Origin: an uncultured Eubacteriales bacterium
Lineage (GTDB): Bacteria; Bacillota; Clostridia; Christensenellales; UBA1242
NCBI GenBank assembly: GCA_902796635.1
Contig: CADBPU010000005.1
Span: 1 to 26,680, forward strand
Direction: 5' to 3'
DNA: 26,680 nt
Shown: positions 15,954-23,557 of the stretch, piece after piece
How positions within the stretch are numbered: the stretch's first letter is position 1
Layout of the letters: each line of letters opens with the position of its first letter
Program-made: the position numbers and the translations under genes
Notes under the pieces: generated by a model
Told to the model about the DNA's origin: nothing
What the model saw: only the letters and a program-made list of their open reading frames with translations
The model's database searches: none

Positions 15954-16982
15954 TTACCTCGTCTTTGTTTGGCTTAAAAATGGAATATTTCCACTATTCA
16001 AAGTCCTTATTTCCTTGATGTTGTATTTCATCATTGCAAGTCTTGTCAGTCCAAGTCCAAAAGCAAAACCTTGATATTTGTTTGTGTCAACACCACCCAT
16101 TTTGAGTACTGCTGGGTGAATCATTCCACAAGGACAAAGTTCAATCCAACCACCATGTTTGCAAGTTGGGCAGCCCTTGCCACCACAAAATGGACATGTG
16201 ACGTCAAGTTCAAAACTTGGCTCCGTGAAAGGGAAAAATCCCGGTCTCAATCTTACATCAACATCTTTTTTGAGAACTTTTGAAAGCATAGTTTTCATAA
16301 AGTATATCAAATTTGCGACATTGATATCTCTGCCAACCATCATACCTTCAAGTTGAAAAAATGTGTTTTCGTGGCTTGCGTCAACACTTTCATTTCTAAA
16401 ACATCTACCCGGGAATATAACTTTGCATGGTGCACCATATTTTCTCAAAATTCTGTTTTGACCTGCACTGGTTTGAGTTTTCAAAACTTCTCCATTATCA
16501 AGCCAAAAAGTGTCTTGCATATCTCTAGCTGGGTGATTTCTTGGAACATTTACTGCATCAAAGTTGTTATACTCTGTTTCAACTTCATTTCCGTCTTCAA
16601 CAATAAAGCCCATACTCTTGAAAACTTCTTCAACTTCTTTCTGTACAACTGATATTGGATGCAAACTACCTTTTTTTGATGTGCTTGGTATTGTTATATC
16701 AATCTTTTCTGCACTATTTATTTCTCTTTGCAGTTCGAGCGCTTTTACTTCTTGAATTTTGTTTTGCAAAACACTTTCTACATATTCCTTAAAATTGTTT
16801 ATTGCAATGCCCATTTCACGTCTACTTTCACTAGGAACATCTCTAAGCCCTTGCAAAAGGTCAGTAACTTTTCCTTTTTTACCCAAAAAAGCAACTCTTA
16901 ATTCATCAATCATTTCCATAGAATTTGCATCATTAATCACTCTATCAAATTCCATTTTTAGTTCTTCAATTCTTTCTTTCAT
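15954..16982 (-). CDS. pheS: Phenylalanine--tRNA ligase alpha subunit
   Basis: HPARDMQDTF, L.TQTS, PGRCFR, F.QLEG, FFPFTEPS.E.DV, GCGM-like CPCGMIHP, GFAFGLGL.RLAM. Second ATG (16982) fits SD AGGAG spacing better than 16985. Confidence 0.98.
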   Translation of the reverse strand: MKERIEELKMEFDRVINDANSMEMIDELRVAFLGKKGKVTDLLQGLRDVPSESRREMGIAINNFKEYVESVLQNKIQEVKALELQREINSAEKIDITIPSTSKKGSLHPISVVQKEVEEVFKSMGFIVEDGNEVETEYNNFDAVNVPRNHPARDMQDTFWLDNGEVLKTQTSAGQNRILRKYGAPCKVIFPGRCFRNESVDASHENTFFQLEGMMVGRDINVANLIYFMKTMLSKVLKKDVDVRLRPGFFPFTEPSFELDVTCPFCGGKGCPTCKHGGWIELCPCGMIHPAVLKMGGVDTNKYQGFAFGLGLTRLAMMKYNIKEIRTLNSGNIPFLSQTKTR

Positions 16983-17035
16983 CATTACTCCTGTTTTTTT
17001 ATTGGTTAGACAACTTTAATAAATTATTTTTATGA

Positions 17036-17277
17036 TTAAAAAAATCGCCCTCACAAAAAATTGCAAGGGACGACTGAATAATCGCGATACCACCCTAATT
17101 GCCATAAAAATATGACCACTCATCATAAGCTTTGTGTGGGCTTGCTACCACTTGATATTTCTATCAAAAGCTCCTGCAAACGAAATTTCAAATTGATAGT
17201 TGCCACAAATGCTTCCAGCCGCGACATTTGCTCTCTTTTGGACACACAATTCTACTATATTTGCAATCATTGCTTGC
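17036..17277 (-). ncRNA. T-box riboswitch leader (Phe, UUC specifier) of pheST
   Basis: Minus strand stem I is closed by TGCAAA/TTTGCA and carries AGAGAG and GCTGGAA loops. Specifier GAAAT-TTC-G has UUC at 17184-17182. Stem II TTGATA-GAAA-TATCAA. T-box GGGTGGTATCGCG (17095-17083) can pair with CGTCCC. Terminator TCGTCCCTTGCAA...TTGTGAGGGCGA-T7 (17073-17038). Confidence 0.95.
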
Positions 17278-17283
17278 TTTTAT

Positions 17284-17312
17284 ATTTTATTATTATAAAC
17301 AAATTTTGTCAA
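17284..17312 (-). promoter_or_regulatory. Sigma-A promoter of T-box-pheST
   Basis: TTGACA (17312-17307), 17 nt, TAAAAT (17289-17284). Predicted +1 near 17277, at the start of stem I. Confidence 0.85.
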
Positions 17313-17345
17313 ACAAAAATACTTATAATTTATTTGTTATAGTTT

Positions 17346-18266
17346 TTATTCATTGTTAGCACCATTATTAACACCATCAGCAATCTCTTCGTCTTGCTTG
17401 TTATCTTCAAGTTCATTTTGAATTTCTGTTGTGAGAAGTTCTGCATTTGTTTGTTTTAAGGAATCTTTAATTTCCTTATATTGTTGTTTTAATTCCTTCT
17501 TTTTTTCTTTTACATCTTTTTTATATTCTGCTTTAAGTTTTTTATACTCCTGTCTTAATTCGCTTTTATGCTCGTGATATTCTGTCTTTGCTTCTTCTTT
17601 CTTTTGCTTTTTTAATTTCTTTTTGAAACTCTTTTGCAAATTTGCTTTGTTCTCTTTTCCTAAAAGCAATCTCACAATATTTTTTCTATGTGCCACCCAA
17701 ACAAGTGTGAAAATTGCAAATAATAACAAATTTAGAACTAACAGAACAGATAAATCGCCTTTGTATGTCAAATTGTTTTTGTAGCCCTGTATAACAGTCA
17801 TAAAGGATATGATGACAAGTGATGCAACAGAGCCATAGTCAAAAAACCAAACATAGATAAACCCACCAACAAATGCAATGAGTAGCCATAATGGATTTGC
17901 AACCATAAAAACGCCCAATGATGTTGCAACACCTTTTCCACCCTTAAATTTGTATATGACAGGAAACATATGGCCTACAACTGCGCTTAATCCTGCCACA
18001 TAAAGTCCAATTTCTGCATTGAGCCCAGTATATTTGAAAAGAAACATGCCAGCAAGTGATGGTATAATACCTTTGAGTGCATCAAGAATTAATGTCAAAA
18101 AGCCAAGTCCAACACCATATGTTCTTAACATATTCATAGTGCCGGGATTTCCACTGCCACTTTGTGTAATATCACTATTATGTCTTTTGCTTATAATTCT
18201 TGCCCAAGAAATATTGCCTACAAAATATGAAAAAATTACAAGTAAAACATATTCTAGAACTGCCAT
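17346..18266 (-). CDS. plsY: Acyl-phosphate:glycerol-3-phosphate acyltransferase with a long charged C-terminal tail
   Basis: GSGNPG..N.LR..G, D.LKG, GH.FPV..KFKGGKGVAT, H..NI.RL..G.E. Follows der. Second ATG (18266) fits SD AGGAGG spacing better. Confidence 0.95.
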   Translation of the reverse strand: MAVLEYVLLVIFSYFVGNISWARIISKRHNSDITQSGSGNPGTMNMLRTYGVGLGFLTLILDALKGIIPSLAGMFLFKYTGLNAEIGLYVAGLSAVVGHMFPVIYKFKGGKGVATSLGVFMVANPLWLLIAFVGGFIYVWFFDYGSVASLVIISFMTVIQGYKNNLTYKGDLSVLLVLNLLLFAIFTLVWVAHRKNIVRLLLGKENKANLQKSFKKKLKKQKKEEAKTEYHEHKSELRQEYKKLKAEYKKDVKEKKKELKQQYKEIKDSLKQTNAELLTTEIQNELEDNKQDEEIADGVNNGANNE

Positions 18267-18293
18267 CATGCCTCCTTTTTAGATAATTATTTT

Positions 18294-19607
18294 TTATTCA
18301 TTTTTTGTTTTGAACTCAATTTTGATTGGTGTACCAGATAAGTCAATGTTTCTTCTAAATGCATTTTCCAAATACCTTTGATAAGAAAAATGCACAAGCG
18401 AACTATCATTTGCCTGAATTGTAAAAACCGGTGGATTGAAACCAGTTTGACTGACAAAATAAAATTTCAATCTCTTGCCATATCTTGATGGTGGTTGACT
18501 TATGCTTACTGCATCTTGCAAAATTTCGTTCAATATGCTTGTTGACGTCTTTTTGCTTGCATTTTCATACGCCTTCAAGACTGCTGGCATCAAAGTGTTG
18601 AGTCTTTGACCTGTTTTTGCCGAAACAAATATTGGCATATAATAACTCATAAAATTTAATTCTTTATCCAATTTTTCTTTGTAAAAATTGATTGTGTGTT
18701 CGTCCTTATCAACCAAATCCCACTTGTTGATTACAACAACGCTTGGTTTGCCTTGCTCGTGTACATAACCAGCAATTCTAATGTCTTGGTCGCTCAAACC
18801 CTGGCTTGCATCAAACACAATAACAACAACGTCTGCTCGCCTTATTGCTTCCATACTGCGAAGTACAGAATAACTTTCAACACTTTCAAGTTCTATACTT
18901 CTCTTTCTTCTTATGCCTGCTGTATCAATCAAAATGCACTCTTTTCCATCAAAAACAAAAGGTGTGTCTATTGCATCTCTTGTTGTGCCTGCAACATTTG
19001 AAACAACCATTCTGCTTTCTCCAAGCAATTTGTTTGTTATACTGCTTTTGCCTGCATTTGGTTTGCCTACAATTGCAATTTTGATTTTATCTTTATTTTC
19101 TTCAAAATCAATTTCATCAAAGTGTTTTACTACAACGTCAAGTAGGTCGCCAACACCCTGACTATGCTCACTAGAAATTGGATATGGCTCACCAAGACCT
19201 AATGCATAAAACTCGTATAAGTTTTCCAAATAGTTGTTATCACATTTATTCACAGCCAAAACAACTGGCTTTTTTATTTTTTTAAGAAGTGTTGCAACTT
19301 CTTCATCTTGTGCAGTTAATCCAGCCATGCCGTCAACAAGCATTATGATAACATCAGCAAGTTCCATTGCAATTTGCACTTGATGCAAAATGTTTTTGTT
19401 TACTTCGGTCTTTTCATGAATATCAATACCACCAGTATCAACAAGCCAAAAGTTATGATTAAGCCACTCGGCATCTGCATAAATTCTATCTCTTGTGACG
19501 CCGGGTTCATCTTTTACTATACTAATTCTTTTGCCAACGACCTTATTAAAAAATGTACTTTTACCCACATTTGGTCTGCCAATTATTGCAACAATAGGTT
19601 TTTTCAT
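18294..19607 (-). CDS. der: Ribosome biogenesis GTPase Der (EngA)
   Basis: Two G domains (GRPNVGKST...DTGG; GKPNAGKSS...DTAG.RRK) and a KH-like C-terminus (GTPI). Confidence 0.98.
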   Translation of the reverse strand: MKKPIVAIIGRPNVGKSTFFNKVVGKRISIVKDEPGVTRDRIYADAEWLNHNFWLVDTGGIDIHEKTEVNKNILHQVQIAMELADVIIMLVDGMAGLTAQDEEVATLLKKIKKPVVLAVNKCDNNYLENLYEFYALGLGEPYPISSEHSQGVGDLLDVVVKHFDEIDFEENKDKIKIAIVGKPNAGKSSITNKLLGESRMVVSNVAGTTRDAIDTPFVFDGKECILIDTAGIRRKRSIELESVESYSVLRSMEAIRRADVVVIVFDASQGLSDQDIRIAGYVHEQGKPSVVVINKWDLVDKDEHTINFYKEKLDKELNFMSYYMPIFVSAKTGQRLNTLMPAVLKAYENASKKTSTSILNEILQDAVSISQPPSRYGKRLKFYFVSQTGFNPPVFTIQANDSSLVHFSYQRYLENAFRRNIDLSGTPIKIEFKTKNE

Positions 19608-19616
19608 AATGTTAAT

Positions 19617-19645
19617 ATTTTAACATAACAAAACGAATTTAGCAA
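19617..19645 (-). promoter_or_regulatory. Sigma-A promoter of der-plsY
   Basis: TTGCTA (19645-19640), 17 nt, extended TGnTAAAAT (-10 at 19622-19617). Confidence 0.65.
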
Positions 19646-19666
19646 TTTATATTTATCAAATTTTAT

Positions 19667-21838
19667 TTATAAATGTTGTTTTTTGTCGCAATTTTTGTTT
19701 GCTGGACAAAATTTGCAATATCTTTTATGTTTGATAATGCCAAATATAAAAAATATAAACACACAAATCAAAGTAAACACAATTATTGAAACAATGCCAC
19801 TCAAAACTCCATTAAAGATAAAATAATTTGCAATTTTATACACCACAAAACTCAAAGCATAACTAATCGCAAATTGCAACAGACAAGCAAAAAGTGTCCA
19901 CTTTCTGCCAATTTCTTTAATCATAACGCTAACAGTTGAAATACATGGCAAATATAATAGTGCAAATACCAAAAAAGATAAACTGCTACTTGCAGTCAAA
20001 CAAAATGCACTTGTTGATAGTAGCAAACTGTTTGAAATTTGATTTAGGCCACCCGTCCCATCAAGCCCGTTGATTATACCAATTGTGCTGACAATTATTT
20101 CTTTTGCAACAAAACCACAAAGTATTGCACTGACTGCCCCAGCAGTTCCAAAACCAAGTGGGGAGAAAATTGGCGATAAAAAATTTGAAAGTGTTTCAAG
20201 CATACTTTCACCCACATGATACTGAAACCTAAAATTGCAATTTTGAAGTATCCAAACAATGCAAGAAAAACCGAGCAAAACACTACCTGCACGAAGCAAA
20301 AATTGCTTTGCATTATAATAAACATTTTTTGAAATCTTTTTGAAATTTGGAATTCTATACTTTGGCAACTCCATAACAAAAGTTGTTTCATTACTTTTTA
20401 GAATTGTTTTATTCAAAAAATAACTAACACATAGTGCAACAACAACGCCCAAAACATACAAAAAAATTATTATAAGCACTTTGAACTTTGGAAAAAATGC
20501 ATTGCAAATAATCAAATATAATGGCAGTTTTGCTGTGCAACTGATATATGGTGTTAACATCGCAGTTTTTATTTTACTGTTTTTATTTTCTAAATTTCTG
20601 CTTGAAAGTGTTGCAGTTGTGCTACAACCAAAACTCATAAGTAGCGCAAAAATGCTTTTGCCAGACAGTCCCAATTTTTTCAAAAAATCTTCAAAAATAA
20701 AAGCAACACGAGACATATAGCCACTATCTTCCAAAATGTAAAGTCCCAAAAACATAAGAATGACTTGTGGCAGAAAGGAAAACAATGAAACGACAGAACC
20801 ACAAAAAGCATTGGAGATAAAATCAGCAACAAACTGATTGCTAATTTTGTTTTGAGCAAAACTAGAAAGTGGGCTCAACATCAGTTCTGCAAAATTAGAT
20901 AATGTACCCGAGAGCATTGTTCCAAAACTGCCAAATGTAAAGAAAAATAGACCTGCAATAATTACAAAAAAAATAGGAAAACAAAGCCATTTGTTTAAGC
21001 AATATTTATCTATTTTTGAATAACCATAAATTTTGTTGTTATCTTTTGAAACACAGTTCGATAAAAATTTTTTAATGATAATAAATCTCAAATTTATCAC
21101 TTTTTCTAATGTATTATTTTTTTCTAATATATTTATTATGTCATTTTTTTCTTTATCTGTAATTTTTAGTTTTGATATTACGCTCTCATCTTGCTCTAAA
21201 ATCTTTATTTTTTCAAATATTGATAAATTAAAGTTTTGATTATATTTTGGCAAGTAATCACTGAACATATCTTGTAAATCAGTAATATATGAAAATATGT
21301 CTATATGAGAATAAGTATCAATTTTGTTTGTTTCATTTTTTTCTTTTTTATCATTTGTGTTTTTTACTGCATAATTCAAAACTTCTTTGCTCTCTTTTTT
21401 GTTTTGTGCATTGATAAAAAAACATTTTAGCCCCAATTCTTTTTCAAACTTTTCTTTATCAATTTTAAGTCCATTTTTTACAAATTCATTTGCCATATTC
21501 ACACAAACAATGGGACGGATTCCCATTTCAACCAGTTCAAAAGTAAGTAGCAAATTTCTTTCCAGATTATTGCCATCAATAATGTTTATGACTTCACAAT
21601 CTTTGTGAGTTAATAAATATTCCTTTGTAACTCCTTCTTCAAAACTAAATGGGGAAAGCGAATATGTGCCAGGTAAATCTGTTATTACAATTTCTTGACC
21701 ATCAAACTTTATTCTCTTTTCTTTGTAATCTGTTGTAACGCCATGCCAGTTGCCAACATGTTCTTCTGCATTTGAAAAAATAAAAAAAAAAGTGGATTTA
21801 CCAGTATTTGGATTGCCAACAAGCACTATATATTTCAT
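19667..21838 (-). CDS. feoB: Ferrous iron transporter B
   Basis: GNPNTGKS, VGNW.GVT, DLPGTYSL, NLERNL. Membrane part has LEDSGYM.R.AF, FGC, SC.AKLP.Y, FVMELP.Y..P, AKE..VST, LY.PC. C-terminal Cys motif. Confidence 0.95.
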   Translation of the reverse strand: MKYIVLVGNPNTGKSTFFFIFSNAEEHVGNWHGVTTDYKEKRIKFDGQEIVITDLPGTYSLSPFSFEEGVTKEYLLTHKDCEVINIIDGNNLERNLLLTFELVEMGIRPIVCVNMANEFVKNGLKIDKEKFEKELGLKCFFINAQNKKESKEVLNYAVKNTNDKKEKNETNKIDTYSHIDIFSYITDLQDMFSDYLPKYNQNFNLSIFEKIKILEQDESVISKLKITDKEKNDIINILEKNNTLEKVINLRFIIIKKFLSNCVSKDNNKIYGYSKIDKYCLNKWLCFPIFFVIIAGLFFFTFGSFGTMLSGTLSNFAELMLSPLSSFAQNKISNQFVADFISNAFCGSVVSLFSFLPQVILMFLGLYILEDSGYMSRVAFIFEDFLKKLGLSGKSIFALLMSFGCSTTATLSSRNLENKNSKIKTAMLTPYISCTAKLPLYLIICNAFFPKFKVLIIIFLYVLGVVVALCVSYFLNKTILKSNETTFVMELPKYRIPNFKKISKNVYYNAKQFLLRAGSVLLGFSCIVWILQNCNFRFQYHVGESMLETLSNFLSPIFSPLGFGTAGAVSAILCGFVAKEIIVSTIGIINGLDGTGGLNQISNSLLLSTSAFCLTASSSLSFLVFALLYLPCISTVSVMIKEIGRKWTLFACLLQFAISYALSFVVYKIANYFIFNGVLSGIVSIIVFTLICVFIFFIFGIIKHKRYCKFCPANKNCDKKQHL

Positions 21839-22071
21839 AATTCAATCTCCACTTCTATACTTTTTAATATACTTCTTCTCAAACAAAGAGAATAATTTTT
21901 TAATGCAATCAAATAACTGTTTTTTAGTGGTGAAATGGATAGCACCTTCACCATTTGACCCGTGATTAATCCAAGTTCCAAAAGTCGTCTTTTGATACGT
22001 ACGTCTGCACTTAAATTTATTATTTTGCCAACTTCCCCCGTTTTCAAATCACTCATTTTTTTTGTAATCAT
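21835..22071 (-). CDS. feoA: Ferrous iron transport protein A
   Basis: SH3-like M.DL..G..G.I......RRLLELGL..G..V.V....PL.....I...LRR. Overlaps the feoB start by 4 nt. ATG 22071 (SD GGAG) preferred over 22089. Confidence 0.92.
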   Translation of the reverse strand: MITKKMSDLKTGEVGKIINLSADVRIKRRLLELGLITGQMVKVLSISPLKNSYLIALKNYSLCLRRSILKSIEVEIEL

Positions 22072-22101
22072 AACACTCCAATATTTCATTATATTTTACT
22101 T

Positions 22102-22117
22102 TGATAATTAGTTATCT
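22102..22117. promoter_or_regulatory. Putative Fur/PerR-like operator over the feoAB promoter
   Basis: TGATAAT-TA-GTTATCT has one perfect Fur half-site but a 2-nt centre. It lies just upstream of a minus-strand TATAAT (22093-22088) preceding feoA. Confidence 0.45.
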
Positions 22118-22172
22118 ATGACAAAATGTCATATATTGTATTTTATTTTAATAAAAATATAAAAGGAGTTGT

Positions 22173-22631
22173 ATGGAAACATCTTTTTGTGAACTTAAAG
22201 GCAAAGAAGTTATTAACATTGTTGATGGCAAAAAACTTGGCAGGATAATTGACATAGTTTTTGATACAAATTGTGGACGTATGCTCGGCATTGTTGTGCC
22301 AAGCTACAACAAAAGTTGGAATATTTTTAAGCAAAGCGATGATATCTTTATCCCTTGGGGCTCAATCTGCAAGTTTGGAGATGATGCAATACTTGTGCAA
22401 ATATTTATACCAAATCAAAAGGAAATCTTTGCAAAAAAAGGCAGATTTGTTCGCACTGCATCACACGGCGAAACTCCTGCTTATGCTCAAAATATCTCAA
22501 TAGACAATTCAGTTGAAACTGAAAGTACAAAAAATTCAAATAATGCTGAAAACAGACAAATACAAAATATTGGCTATACCACAAATCAGGATTTTGAAAG
22601 ATCAGCTGACATTAATGACACTCAAATATAA
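22173..22631 (+). CDS. YlmC/YmxH-family sporulation PRC-barrel protein with C-terminal extension
   Basis: F.ELKGKEVIN..DGK.LG.I.D..FD...G....IVVP and IPW..I.K.GDD.ILV. SD AGGAG. Confidence 0.9.
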   Translation: METSFCELKGKEVINIVDGKKLGRIIDIVFDTNCGRMLGIVVPSYNKSWNIFKQSDDIFIPWGSICKFGDDAILVQIFIPNQKEIFAKKGRFVRTASHGETPAYAQNISIDNSVETESTKNSNNAENRQIQNIGYTTNQDFERSADINDTQI

Positions 22632-22725
22632 CAAAACTTATTTTTGTACACAAAAAGATATAACACGTCAAAAAAAAGCAAAGTTTTTACTAACATAATT
22701 TGAAATGCTGTTTTAATATATTTAT

Positions 22726-23556
22726 GTGGTTATTTATGTCGAGTATATTGTGATAGACAACATGGTTATTGATGTACTAATACTTCTTTTAACCAAATCT
22801 ATGCTAAAAATAAATACTAAAAAAATCTTTATATTTTTGAGTGCATTTTTAGGAACTATTATCGCATTGATATCACCATTATTAAATAGCACAATCAACA
22901 TTATAATAAAGATACCTCTATCAATATGCATGGTTATGATTTGCTACCATCCAAAAAAAATAAAACTATTTTTTGCAGAACTTTTGGGCTTTTATATCTC
23001 AACTTTTGTTTTGATTGGTGCTTGCCTTGGTATTTGTGAAATGCTGGGCATAAAATATATCATTTCAAATGGCGTTTCTTATGAATATAACTTTCCCGTT
23101 GGCTTTGTGCTTGTTGTTTGCGCTGTGATGTTTGTAGGTATAAAAAATATAATAAAACTCGTTTCAATAATTCACAAAAATGATAAATACATATATCAAA
23201 TAACACTAATAGAAAATGATAAATCAATAAAAATTTCAGCATTTTTAGATACAGGCAACAAGTTGATTTTTAACAATAAACCAATATCAATAATAAACTA
23301 CAAAACATTTGAAAAACTATACCCTTCAATTTTGCTTATGGATATATTATTAAAAAAACAACTACCACTAAAAAACTCTACATATTTTGAAATCAAAAGT
23401 TTAGGAAATCCACAAAAGATATTAATTTTTGAAATTGAAAAAATTGTTATAGACAAAAGAGAAATAAATAACCCACTTGTTGGATTATCACTAGAAAACT
23501 TTGAAAAGCAAACGCACAGCGACATGATTATTTCATCAAATTTGTTAGGAGAATAA
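22726..23556 (+). CDS. spoIIGA: Pro-sigma-E processing aspartic protease
   Basis: Begins IYVEYIVIDNM..D. Five or more TM segments, catalytic AFLDTGN.L and P..I. Immediately upstream of sigE. Confidence 0.92.
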   Translation: MVIYVEYIVIDNMVIDVLILLLTKSMLKINTKKIFIFLSAFLGTIIALISPLLNSTINIIIKIPLSICMVMICYHPKKIKLFFAELLGFYISTFVLIGACLGICEMLGIKYIISNGVSYEYNFPVGFVLVVCAVMFVGIKNIIKLVSIIHKNDKYIYQITLIENDKSIKISAFLDTGNKLIFNNKPISIINYKTFEKLYPSILLMDILLKKQLPLKNSTYFEIKSLGNPQKILIFEIEKIVIDKREINNPLVGLSLENFEKQTHSDMIISSNLLGE

Positions 23557-23557
23557 T

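Noticed and set aside
17112-17342. 76-aa plus-strand ORF in the plsY-pheS gap
   Set aside because: It overlaps the T-box leader and its promoter on the opposite strand, which fully explain the region.
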